Assembly (NCBI GenBank): GCA_964514975.1
Contig: CAZESS010000022.1
Coordinates: 1-27,416 of the forward strand
Direction: 5' to 3'
Length of the DNA: 27,416 nucleotides
From: an uncultured Thermoplasmatales archaeon
Lineage (GTDB): Archaea; Thermoplasmatota; E2; UBA202; DSCA01
Numbering within the stretch: position 1 is the first letter of the stretch; each line of letters opens with the position of its first letter. The notes under the pieces were generated by a model. That model saw only the letters and a program-made list of their open reading frames with translations. It was not told the DNA's origin and searched no databases. A program made the translations under genes and the position numbers. Below, in pieces: positions 10,267 to 19,274 of the stretch.

Positions 10267-10821
10267 ATGGCAACGCATCGCCTGTTTACCGGCATCGACA
10301 TCGGTGCGCGGCAGCCAGTGGTGGACATCGAGCGACAACTGGACGAGACCGGCGCCAGCCTCAAGCTTGTGGAGCCCGAAAACATCCATGTCACCCTGAA
10401 GTTCCTGGGTGACACCGACGAAGCCAAGATACCCATTGTCGAGGACGCCATGCGCACCGCCGCAGCAGCCGTCGAGCCATACCGGGCGTCGCTGCAGGGC
10501 ATGGGCGTGTTCCCACACCCCGGCTACATCAAGGTCATCTGGATCGGCGTCGACGACGACGGGCAGACCACGGCCATCGCGGAAACATTGGAAGAACAGC
10601 TCGCCGTGCAGGGATTCCGCCGGGAAAAACACGCGTTCACCCCGCATGCCACCATCGCGCGGATGAAAGGAGCCCGGGGCAAAAACGCCGTCCGGAAGCT
10701 GGTAGAGCAGCATGAGAACACGGATTTCGGCGAGCTCGAGGTAACCGGCATACAGCTGAAAAAAAGCGAGCTGCAGCCCGACGGCCCCGTCTACACGACG
10801 CTCAGCACCATCGAACTATGA
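10267..10821 (+). CDS. thpR: RNA 2',3'-cyclic phosphodiesterase (2H phosphoesterase, LigT/ThpR)
   Basis: RLFTGID, two HxT motifs (ENIHVTLKFLG and FTPHATIAR) and C-terminal S.L.P.GP.Y. Confidence 0.93.
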   Translation: MATHRLFTGIDIGARQPVVDIERQLDETGASLKLVEPENIHVTLKFLGDTDEAKIPIVEDAMRTAAAAVEPYRASLQGMGVFPHPGYIKVIWIGVDDDGQTTAIAETLEEQLAVQGFRREKHAFTPHATIARMKGARGKNAVRKLVEQHENTDFGELEVTGIQLKKSELQPDGPVYTTLSTIEL

Positions 10822-12158
10822 CCATCAGGCAGGATATACGGAGCGCGGTGCTCAAAAAAATCGTTCCCACCGATACAGAGCGACGGACACTCCGCCAGGC
10901 CATCGACAGGCTCACCGGGGAGCTCCAGGACGCCGCAGCCGAGCGTGACATCGACCTGTCGGTGCTGCTGGTAGGCTCCATCGCCAAGGACACCTATCTC
11001 CGGGGGGCGCTCGACATCGACCTGTTCCTGCTGTTCCCGCCGGACATGGAACGGGAGACAATGAAACAGCGGGCGCTCGACATCGGCACCACGGTGCTCG
11101 AAAACTGGGACATCCAGTATGCAGAGCATCCCTATGTCCGTGGCGACTACGACGGCTACGACGTCGACGTTGTCCCCTGCTACAAAATCGATAGCCCGGC
11201 TGAGATGCAAAGCGCCGTGGACCGCACCCCGTTTCACACCCGGTATGTCCGGGAGCATATCCGGCAGGGGCAGAAAAACGAGGTGCGACTGCTCAAACAG
11301 TTCATGCAAGGTGTGGGCTGCTACAGCGCCGAGGAACGCGTCCGCGGGTTCGCGGGCTACCTGGCGGAGCTGCTCGTCATCCGGTATGGCACGTTCGAGG
11401 AGGTGCTGCGGCATGCCCCCGACTGGCGGGATGGCGCGGTGCTGTCGCTCACCGACAGCCTGGCATCGTTTCCCGAGGACTTCGTGTTCGTCGACCCGGT
11501 CGACCCGGAGCGCAACGTGGCGGCAGCGGTATCAGCGGAAAAACGACGGCTGTTCATACAGGCCGCAACGGCCTATCTTGAGAAGCCACGGATAACGTTC
11601 TTTTTTCCCCGGCCGGTCAAACCCTGGCCGCTCGAGGACATCGCATCACAGCTCGACAGCTGGATCGGGGTCGTGCTCCCCCGGCCCGACATCGTCGACG
11701 ACATCCTGTATTCACAGGTGCGGAAGGCGGTGCGGAGCATCCAAACGATGCTCGAGGAACACGACTTCCAAGCGCTTGACGGCGCCTACCATGTCGACGA
11801 GGACATCCTCCTGGCCGTCGAGCTTGAACAGCTGGAGCTCTCCCGGGACAAGATCCATCAGGGGCCGCCCGCGGAGCAGGAGGAACACGCCGCTGCCTTC
11901 CAGAAAAAATGGACCGGGCATCCCCGCACCCTGCGGGAGCCCTCCCCGGAAAAAGGGCGATGGACGGTCAGGATAACACGCCGGTACCGCCATGCCGGTG
12001 AACTGCTCCGGGATAAAATAGACGAGGTCAACCTGGGCAAACATCTCAGCGACATGGCGTCACAGGCCAGGGTGCTCACCGACGGCGAACTGGCACAAGA
12101 AAAATATGCCGTGTTCTGGACCGGGCAGCTCTCAGACCGGATGCCCTGGGAGCGCTAG
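10818..12158 (+). CDS. cca: Archaeal (class I) CCA tRNA nucleotidyltransferase
   Basis: VGSIAKDTYL...DIDLF nucleotidyltransferase motif, YAEHPY, DVVPCY, SAVDRTPFH, VRLLKQF, GFAGYL.ELL and DPVD..RNVAAA. ATGA overlap with thpR. Confidence 0.96.
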   Translation: MTIRQDIRSAVLKKIVPTDTERRTLRQAIDRLTGELQDAAAERDIDLSVLLVGSIAKDTYLRGALDIDLFLLFPPDMERETMKQRALDIGTTVLENWDIQYAEHPYVRGDYDGYDVDVVPCYKIDSPAEMQSAVDRTPFHTRYVREHIRQGQKNEVRLLKQFMQGVGCYSAEERVRGFAGYLAELLVIRYGTFEEVLRHAPDWRDGAVLSLTDSLASFPEDFVFVDPVDPERNVAAAVSAEKRRLFIQAATAYLEKPRITFFFPRPVKPWPLEDIASQLDSWIGVVLPRPDIVDDILYSQVRKAVRSIQTMLEEHDFQALDGAYHVDEDILLAVELEQLELSRDKIHQGPPAEQEEHAAAFQKKWTGHPRTLREPSPEKGRWTVRITRRYRHAGELLRDKIDEVNLGKHLSDMASQARVLTDGELAQEKYAVFWTGQLSDRMPWER

Positions 12159-13015
12159 ATGAGCCCCGCCTTCTGCAGGAGCATGAAATCCTCGGTGGAC
12201 AGCTTCTCGCCCTTTTTGAAGCGCTCGTAGACATCGTCGGCTTCCTCCTGGATGGCGCTTCGTTTTTCCTGCATTTCCTCTCGTTTTTCCTGCTGCTGGA
12301 TGGCCTTTATCTCGTCTTCGACCTCGCGGATTTCCTTGACATGGGAGACCATTTCCTTGTGGGCCTTGTCGGCGTCGAGGCGGGCGAGCACATACTGCTT
12401 CTGGACTTTTTTGAGGTCCTTGTACAGCTCATCCGAATGGTTGAACGCGTCGATCATCTTGACATGGTGGTCCTGCGCGCGCTCGGCGAGCTCCTTGACC
12501 TTTTCATGGGCCTTGTCGCCTTTTTCCTTCGCCCGTTTCTGTTTTTCGATGATCTCGCGGAGCTCCGGGTTTTCCTCGAGGATTTTTTGCCGTTGCTTGA
12601 TCTTGCGGGTGAGGTCTTTGAGCTCGTCGACCAGGTTTTGCTCCGCTTTTTTGGAGAGCTGCTGGGTCATCTGCTTGAACTCGAGCTTTTGCTTCCGGTC
12701 CTTCAGCACCTCGATGGGGGTCTCCTGCGGGAGGTATTCCTTGCGGAGCTCCTCGGCCTGCTGTTTGAGCTCCCGGTGTTCCTCGTTGTAATCACGTCGT
12801 TTTTCCTTCAGGCTGGCAACGCGCTCGTTTATCTCGTCTCGCTCCTCCTTATGCCGGATGCCCTCCTCCTTGGCCTCCTTGATCCGGTGGGCGATGTCGT
12901 ATTTTTTTTGTTTTAACTCGCGGGTTTTTTGGTTAAGCCGGTCTCTTTTTTGTTTTGCCTCACCAATTTTTTCCTGCAGTTCTTCACGCTTGCTCTGTAG
13001 CTCCTCAATGGACAT
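12155..13015 (-). CDS. Archaeal long coiled-coil protein (COG1340-like), uncharacterised
   Basis: All-helical K/E/Q-rich heptad sequence with LEFKQMT..LS, A..AH and C-terminal A..VYERFKKGEKLSTED...LQ, typical of this family. Confidence 0.8.
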   Translation of the reverse strand: MSIEELQSKREELQEKIGEAKQKRDRLNQKTRELKQKKYDIAHRIKEAKEEGIRHKEERDEINERVASLKEKRRDYNEEHRELKQQAEELRKEYLPQETPIEVLKDRKQKLEFKQMTQQLSKKAEQNLVDELKDLTRKIKQRQKILEENPELREIIEKQKRAKEKGDKAHEKVKELAERAQDHHVKMIDAFNHSDELYKDLKKVQKQYVLARLDADKAHKEMVSHVKEIREVEDEIKAIQQQEKREEMQEKRSAIQEEADDVYERFKKGEKLSTEDFMLLQKAGLI

Positions 13016-13056
13016 TATACGGCATCCTAATTAGGGCTTTTTATAAAAAATTTTGC

Positions 13057-13947
13057 CTACTCGCAGATCTGGCCGTCCCTGACAACGTTTTTGACCACGG
13101 TTTCGACGCGGTCGACCGCCTCCCGGGTGATCTGGAGCTTTCGCTGTATCTCGGGGTCGGCATCCCGCATCGACAGGTTGAGGTAGCCCTTGGCGATGCA
13201 GAGCGGGTTGAAAAAATGATGGGAGACATCCTCGATGAACCGGCGCTCCCGTTCCATCGCCTGCTCCATCCGCCTGGTGGAACGATGATATTCCTCCTCG
13301 AGCTGCCGGTGCCTGGTGACATCCATCAGGTTGACCAGCAGCGCCTGTTCGCCCTCGTAGGTGATAGCGGTCGCGGTGCACTCGGTCCATGCAACGCCGG
13401 TGGATGTCTGCAGCCGGACGATGCAGGGCTCCGGGATACCGGTGCGGGCTTTTTTTAGCAGACGGCAGACAACCACCCGGTCGCCCGGATGCACATGGTC
13501 AACAAGACGGTCATGGACGACATCTGAGCCAGCGATGGAGGCCAGGGTCTCGTTGGCATAAATGCATTCCCCGTCCCGAAGGATGGCGACACCGGTGGGC
13601 GCATGCTCGGTCAGCAGCCGGAACTGTTCCTCGCGCTCCTCGAGCGAGCAGCGGGCGGCGGTCTGCTCGGTGATATCATGGACGACCAACGCGGCGCCCC
13701 GGGGCAGGGGCACGCCGTCGATGGAATACAAGCGGTTGCGATGCTGCCATTGAATGGATGTGAGACGCTCGCCCTGCCCGAGCCGGTCAAGCTGCCTTTC
13801 GGTGAGCGGCACGCCATCGGCGATGTCTCTGGCGGCCTGATTCTGGTAGGCTATCTCGCCATCGTCGTCGAGCACCATGACCCCGACGGGCAGATGGTCA
13901 AAAACGGTTTTGATGGTCTCCGCTGCATCCGCATCCCCATCCATCAT
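13057..13947 (-). CDS. PAS-PAS-HisKA(DHp) sensor protein lacking a HATPase_c domain
   Basis: PAS1 (FDHLPVGVMVLDDDGEIAYQN...VVHDITE), PAS2 (EQFRLLTEHAPTGV...VHPGDR...MDVT), then a helix and DVSHHFFNPLCIAKGYL. Start ATG 13947 lies about 25 bp below TTTATATA. The upstream ORF extension overlaps another gene and is not used. Confidence 0.8.
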   Translation of the reverse strand: MMDGDADAAETIKTVFDHLPVGVMVLDDDGEIAYQNQAARDIADGVPLTERQLDRLGQGERLTSIQWQHRNRLYSIDGVPLPRGAALVVHDITEQTAARCSLEEREEQFRLLTEHAPTGVAILRDGECIYANETLASIAGSDVVHDRLVDHVHPGDRVVVCRLLKKARTGIPEPCIVRLQTSTGVAWTECTATAITYEGEQALLVNLMDVTRHRQLEEEYHRSTRRMEQAMERERRFIEDVSHHFFNPLCIAKGYLNLSMRDADPEIQRKLQITREAVDRVETVVKNVVRDGQICE

Positions 13948-14070
13948 ATCGCAAAACAGGGAAGCCCCGCAGTTTATATAAACATTTCTAAAAAGCCTGC
14001 TAACAGATTGAGGACAAAAGGAGAGAGGGAGCATAACGTTTAACATCGGCAGCATGTTATCTGACCGACC

Positions 14071-14310
14071 ATGGACGCTGTGGACGTGAAAAAGATCGCC
14101 GTGGCGCTCATCGCCCTGGGCATTTTCGGCTTTCTGGTTCCCCTGAAACTCCTGCTCCTGGTCGGCCTGTCCGTCATCATGTTGCTCACAGGTGTTGTTC
14201 TCCTCGCCGTCCACCGGTTCATCCTCACCAAGCGATGTCCATATTGCGACGAGCGCATCGACAAAAACACGAAGCGATGCCCCCACTGCGACAACATGGA
14301 GGGATTATAA
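14071..14310 (+). CDS. Small two-TM membrane protein with C-terminal zinc ribbon
   Basis: Two hydrophobic segments followed by CPYC-x10-CPHC, with GC-rich third codon positions. Confidence 0.75.
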   Translation: MDAVDVKKIAVALIALGIFGFLVPLKLLLLVGLSVIMLLTGVVLLAVHRFILTKRCPYCDERIDKNTKRCPHCDNMEGL

Positions 14311-14397
14311 CTCGTTGCACAGATTGCCCCATCAATCGCTTGCCTCCGGCGAGGGGCATCCAATTATAGCCAAGTTTTAATAGCCGGGTGGTGTTTC

Positions 14398-15936
14398 ATG
14401 GAGACAATGACGGGCGAAGAGGACACCGGCACGGGCGACAGCGCATATGATGACCTGGTGGAGACGCTGTCCACGGCGGAAAAAAAGATACTGCTGGCGT
14501 TGGACGAGCACGACGGCGAGGCGTCACCCGACGAGCTCATGAAAGCAACGGGCCTTGAGCAGGTCAAGGTCATGAACGCCTCGTCATGGCTGGAGTCAAA
14601 GGGGTTGGCATCGATGGAGGAGGACCTCGAATGCAGCTACGAGCTCACCGGCGAGGGCGAACGCTTCCTCGAGCAGGGGCTGCCCGAGGTACAGGTCATG
14701 GAACTCGTCATCAATGGCACAGACAGCTTCGGCGAGCTGCACGAAAAGCGGGATGACCTGGATATCGCCATCGGCTGGCTGATGCGGAAACAATGGTGCA
14801 CCATCGACAAACAGGATGGCGACAAAACGCTCATTCCCACCGACAAAGGAAAAAAAGCCGTCGGATCGGAGCAGCCCGAGATAGTCACGCTGCGGCAGAT
14901 AGCCAACGGGGAGACACCCGACAATCCAGATATGGCGGAGACGTTGGTGCAGCGGAACGCTCTATCAGAGCGGGAAAAGATCACCCGGACGGTCATGCTC
15001 ACCAAAAAAGGGAAAAAAATAGCGGCGCATGGCTTCGAGATCACTGAGGAAATCGCGCAGCTATCGCCGGAGCACATCCAGAGCCGTGCATGGGAAAACA
15101 AGTCATTCCGCAAATACGATGTCACCAGCTTTGCGCCGGCGCTGCACCCCGGCAAGCGGCATCCGCTCAGCCGGCTGATCGAGCGCATCCGCCGCATTTT
15201 TATCGAGATGGGTTTCGAGGAAATCGAGGGTGGCTACGTGGAGCCCTGTTTCTGGGACATGGACATCCTGTTCATCCCGCAGGACCATCCAGCGCGGGAC
15301 ATGCAGGACACCTTTTACTGCTCCAATCCCGCTGAGCTGCCCATAGATGAGGAACTACTCGAAACGGTAAAAGAGGTGCACGAGACCGGTGGTGACACGG
15401 GCTCCGCCGGCTGGCAATACGAGTTTGACGAGCGGCAGGCCAGGCGCGTTGTCCTGCGGACGCATACCACGGTGAACACCATTCGGTACCTCGCCAAGCA
15501 TCCGGAGCCGCCGGCCAAGGTGTTCTCCATCGGCCGGGTGTTCCGCCGGGAGACCATCGACAGCACCCATCTCCCTGAGTTCTACCAGATAGAGGGCATC
15601 GTGCACGAGCAGGATGCCAGCTTCCGGCAGCTCATCGGCCTGCTCAAGGAGTTTTACGGGAAGCTCGGCTTCGAAAACATCCGGCTGCGGCCTGCCTACT
15701 ATCCATATACGGAGCCGTCGATGGACGTCGAGGTGAAATGGCATGACAGGTGGATGGAGCTCGGCGGCTCAGGGATTTTCCGACCCGAGGTCACCGAGCC
15801 GCTCGGCATCAAGGAGCCGGTGCTTGCATGGGGGCTCGGCCTGGAGCGGATCGCCATGGAGCTGTATGGCCTCGATGACATCCGGCAGCTCTACCTGAGC
15901 GACCTGGAATGGCTGCGCGGCGCCCCGCTGCTATAG
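14398..15936 (+). CDS. pheS: Phenylalanine--tRNA ligase alpha subunit (archaeal long form)
   Basis: GKRHP, LFIPQDHPARDMQDTFY, LRTHTT, motif 2 FRRE..D.TH..EF.QIEG, YYPYTEPS and motif 3 AWGLGLER, with an N-terminal winged-helix extension. GGTGG SD upstream. Confidence 0.97.
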   Translation: METMTGEEDTGTGDSAYDDLVETLSTAEKKILLALDEHDGEASPDELMKATGLEQVKVMNASSWLESKGLASMEEDLECSYELTGEGERFLEQGLPEVQVMELVINGTDSFGELHEKRDDLDIAIGWLMRKQWCTIDKQDGDKTLIPTDKGKKAVGSEQPEIVTLRQIANGETPDNPDMAETLVQRNALSEREKITRTVMLTKKGKKIAAHGFEITEEIAQLSPEHIQSRAWENKSFRKYDVTSFAPALHPGKRHPLSRLIERIRRIFIEMGFEEIEGGYVEPCFWDMDILFIPQDHPARDMQDTFYCSNPAELPIDEELLETVKEVHETGGDTGSAGWQYEFDERQARRVVLRTHTTVNTIRYLAKHPEPPAKVFSIGRVFRRETIDSTHLPEFYQIEGIVHEQDASFRQLIGLLKEFYGKLGFENIRLRPAYYPYTEPSMDVEVKWHDRWMELGGSGIFRPEVTEPLGIKEPVLAWGLGLERIAMELYGLDDIRQLYLSDLEWLRGAPLL

Positions 15937-16719
15937 GCTGTCGGGCAATGTCCGCAATAAATCCGTCCGGGTTATGATGCCCTGGAGCAGGTCGTTGGCA
16001 TCGACGATGGGCAGACAGCCGACCGACTGGTCGAGCATGATCCGGGCTGCCTCCTCGATGGTCCGCTCCTCGCCGGCGACCAGCGCCGGGGCGCGCATCG
16101 CGTCCTCCACGTGCAGCTCGCGCAGCCGATGGTTTTGCTGGCCGAGCGGTACCGAGCGCTTGATGTCCGCCAGCGCGAACGCGATCTCCATGTCGGATAT
16201 CATGCCCTGCGGGGCGCCGTCGACCGCGACGGGCAGCCGGGCGATGTCATGGTCGAGCAGCCGCCGACGTGCGTGGACGACCCGGTCGTCGGGTTTGACC
16301 GTGTGGACTGGGCTGGTCATGATGTCGGTGACCGGACGGGCGTCGTCGACCAGTGGCAGCAGGTCGGCCTTGGTGACCACGCCGATCAGTATCTCGTTTT
16401 CAAGGACGGGCAGCATGGTCAGGCCGGGCTCGCCGATCGTCTGGAGTATCTCCCGGATGTCCATCTGGGGGTAGACGGGCTCATAGTCGCGGTCCATGAC
16501 CGTCGATGCGTGCATGTGAGAGGGCGGCACCTTCCGGTTTCGCACGCTGCCGAGCTCGTCCGCGATCTTGTTGTCGGTGACGATGCCGGCCAACTGGCCG
16601 TCGGCCATCGCCGGCACCTTGCTGATGTTGTGCTTGTCCATCAGGTCCATGACGTACTGCAGGTCATCGTTTTTGTTCACTGAAATAATATCCTGGGTCA
16701 TTATGTCCATTATTTGCAT
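15931..16719 (-). CDS. CBS domain protein (four CBS repeats)
   Basis: Repeated DIMT/M.. and PV....L.GI(V/I)T..D motifs (GIVTDNK, GVVTKAD, GMISDME, GIITRTD). Confidence 0.88.
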   Translation of the reverse strand: MQIMDIMTQDIISVNKNDDLQYVMDLMDKHNISKVPAMADGQLAGIVTDNKIADELGSVRNRKVPPSHMHASTVMDRDYEPVYPQMDIREILQTIGEPGLTMLPVLENEILIGVVTKADLLPLVDDARPVTDIMTSPVHTVKPDDRVVHARRRLLDHDIARLPVAVDGAPQGMISDMEIAFALADIKRSVPLGQQNHRLRELHVEDAMRAPALVAGEERTIEEAARIMLDQSVGCLPIVDANDLLQGIITRTDLLRTLPDSL

Positions 16720-16737
16720 TCTATCCTATCCCCTCGG

Positions 16738-17289
16738 TTACTGGTATGCATCCGCGCATGACTCACAAAACAGCCGCCCGTCGATCTCTACGAGGCGGTC
16801 GGACAGCATGCCGCATCCCTCGCATTTGCCGGGCAGCGATATCTCACGCGGCGCTGCCGCCTCCCCGCCCCCGGATATCGAGGTCATTTCTTTGGCCACG
16901 TCGAGTAAAAGCGGAGAAATCCTGAGCAGGTCGCGCTCGGTCACGATGCCGGCGAGCTTGCCGTCGGATACCACGGGAAGCCTCCGTATTTTTTTGTCGC
17001 TCATCATCCGTATCGCGTCTATCATCGTTTCATCCGGGGTGATGGTGACCGGTGGCTCGCTCATGATGTCGGCGACGGAGATGTCAGCGGCGTTTTTTCC
17101 CTCGGCGACGACCTTGCGGAGGATGTCGCTTTCGGTGGCGATGCCGACGGGAGCACCGTTTTCGACGACGATGATGCTGCCGACCCCTTCGCCCTTCATC
17201 TCACGTGCGGCGTCCATGACGCTGGCGTTCCGGCTGATGATGACCGGGTTGTCGTTCATGACGTCGCTGACAGCAGCTTCCGTCCGCAT
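16738..17289 (-). CDS. CBS pair plus C-terminal zinc ribbon protein
   Basis: VSDVM...GIATESDIL and DIMS...IRRLPV...GIVTERD, then CEGC-x14-CESC. Start set at ATG 17289 because the upstream extension overlaps the divergent gene. Confidence 0.88.
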   Translation of the reverse strand: MRTEAAVSDVMNDNPVIISRNASVMDAAREMKGEGVGSIIVVENGAPVGIATESDILRKVVAEGKNAADISVADIMSEPPVTITPDETMIDAIRMMSDKKIRRLPVVSDGKLAGIVTERDLLRISPLLLDVAKEMTSISGGGEAAAPREISLPGKCEGCGMLSDRLVEIDGRLFCESCADAYQ

Positions 17290-17404
17290 GCACAGATATA
17301 ACGTCTCCGTCCATAAAATCTTTTTCCCGGGGCACCAGGATGGCAGATGCCGATGCGCTGCACGTGTACATGAAATTTTAAATATCGCTGTTCGATAGGA
17401 GGCT

Positions 17405-19270
17405 ATGAAAAAAATACTGGCCGTTTTTATCGTTGCAGTGTTCCTGACCAGCCTCGCCGGATCCATCGGCGTCGACATGCCGGCGCCGGGCATCCAGCAG
17501 ACATCACATGCATCATCCGAAATGGCGACCCGGTCAGCCACGTTCACATCGCCGGAGGTCGCCATGAGCGAGGGCTACGCCGTGGTCACCGTCCCCGGCT
17601 GCGCCATGACGACGTCCGAGAGTAAACCCATGCTGCCCGTCTGGCGGACAACGTTCGAGCTGCCCTATGGCTCCCGGGTCACCGCCGTCGACATGGAACA
17701 TGATTGGGTGCGGGAAACACGGCTGCATCTGCCGGTCAGGCCGGCACGCCCCGCATCGACCCCGGACATGGAAACCGAAGTCGGGGAGCGCACGCCCGAC
17801 CCGTCTGTGTATGAGAGCAGCTCGCTGTATCCCAAAAGCTGGTACACGTATGACGTCGCCTGCGGCCTCCATGACGGCGAACGGAAGACCATGGTCACGG
17901 TGTCCGTGTATCCCGTTCGTTATAGCCCCGACGGCAATCTGCTGCGCTCCTGCCGGCAGGTTGACGTCTCGGTCAGCTACCAGCCGCCGTCCGAGGCGCT
18001 GGTCGGGCAGGATGAACACGACCTGCTCGTGGTCTGCCCCCGGGCGTGGGAGGCATCGCTGGAGCGGCTGGCGGAGCACAAGGAAAGCCACGGCGTCGCC
18101 ACCCAGGTGGTCTGCATGGAATGTATCAAGGCCGGCGAGTATTTCCCCGCCGAGGGCCGCGACGACGCGGAGACGCTCAAATATTTCATCAAAAACGCGG
18201 TGGGGGAATGGGGCGTCACTTATGTTTTGCTCGTCGGCGGCCGCATCCCCGGCATCCAGGAGCGATGGCATCTGCCCGTCCGCTACGTCCACGTGTACTG
18301 GGCGGATGAAACCCGCTATGCCAGCGACCTCTACTATGCGGACCTGTACAACGGCTCCGGCATGTTTTCCACATGGGACACCGACGGCAACGACGTGTTC
18401 TATGAATGGGGACAGTACGGCAGCCTCAAAGACCGGGCCGACCTTCTGCCCGATGTCCATCTGGGGCGATGGGCCTGCCGCACCAAAGCCGAGGTCGACA
18501 TAATGGTCGACAAGACCATCGCCTACGAAAACAGCCAGGGCAGCCGGCGTATCTCCCTCATAGGCGGCGACAACTTCCCGCAGGGCGACGAAATAGAGGG
18601 AGAGGTCGTCTGCGACAAATCGCTCAGCTATCTCGACGGCTTCGAGGCATCACGGGTCTATGCAAGCGAGACAGATGTCACCGCGGCGGCGATACGTGAA
18701 ACCCTGAACACCGGCGCCATGTTCCTGCACATGCACGGCCACGGCAGCCCCATGTCATGGAGCACCCACAAGCCCGGCAACTTCGACGAATGGGAAAAGG
18801 GTATCGACGTGCTCGACCTCCCGCTGCTGTTCAACGACGAATATACCATCGCGCTCATCGGCGGCTGCCACACCGCGATGTTCAACGTCAGCATGACCGT
18901 GCATCCCTGGACCGGCGGCGTTCCCTCCCCCGAGGGCACGAGCTGGTGGCTGGCCCGCAAGGTCGGCGGCGGCGGCATCGCATCGCTCGGCTACACCGCG
19001 TTTCCCGTGGCGACGCCCGGCGAGGAGGGCGACCTGGACGGCGACGGCGTCAACGAGCCGGACTGCGTCGAGTCGGGCTACGGCTACATGCAGCTCCAGG
19101 TGTTCGACGGCTACGGCCAGCACGACCTCGAGCATCTCGGGGCATGCTGGAGCCATGCCGTCACCAGCTACGCCACGCATTTCAAGGAGCCCGCCCAGCC
19201 ATATCACCTGCACACCATCCAGTCCTTCGTCCTCCTCGGCGACCCGTCGCTCAAAATCGGGGGCTACTAG
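17405..19270 (+). CDS. Secreted peptidase C25 (gingipain/clan CD) with propeptide
   Basis: Signal peptide MKKILAVFIVAVFLTSLA, propeptide region (KPMLPV, VYPVRYSP), LAEHK..G, YVLLVG, SDLYYADL, PDVHLGR, catalytic GHG and GC (HMHGHGS, IGGCHT) and LLGDP. GGAGG SD. Confidence 0.9.
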   Translation: MKKILAVFIVAVFLTSLAGSIGVDMPAPGIQQTSHASSEMATRSATFTSPEVAMSEGYAVVTVPGCAMTTSESKPMLPVWRTTFELPYGSRVTAVDMEHDWVRETRLHLPVRPARPASTPDMETEVGERTPDPSVYESSSLYPKSWYTYDVACGLHDGERKTMVTVSVYPVRYSPDGNLLRSCRQVDVSVSYQPPSEALVGQDEHDLLVVCPRAWEASLERLAEHKESHGVATQVVCMECIKAGEYFPAEGRDDAETLKYFIKNAVGEWGVTYVLLVGGRIPGIQERWHLPVRYVHVYWADETRYASDLYYADLYNGSGMFSTWDTDGNDVFYEWGQYGSLKDRADLLPDVHLGRWACRTKAEVDIMVDKTIAYENSQGSRRISLIGGDNFPQGDEIEGEVVCDKSLSYLDGFEASRVYASETDVTAAAIRETLNTGAMFLHMHGHGSPMSWSTHKPGNFDEWEKGIDVLDLPLLFNDEYTIALIGGCHTAMFNVSMTVHPWTGGVPSPEGTSWWLARKVGGGGIASLGYTAFPVATPGEEGDLDGDGVNEPDCVESGYGYMQLQVFDGYGQHDLEHLGACWSHAVTSYATHFKEPAQPYHLHTIQSFVLLGDPSLKIGGY

Positions 19271-19274
19271 CCCG

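Noticed and set aside
13016-13059. TAG read-through (pyrrolysine) or frameshift restoring a kinase domain to the PAS-HisKA gene
   Set aside because: Read-through adds only a few residues (AKFFIKSPN) before another TAG. TAG ends 14 of the 28 genes at their expected C-termini, which argues against amber recoding.
19155-19274. Upstream extension of the Hjc-like ORF
   Set aside because: It overlaps the C25 gene in another frame. The Hjc YEREL motif begins right after ATG 19275.
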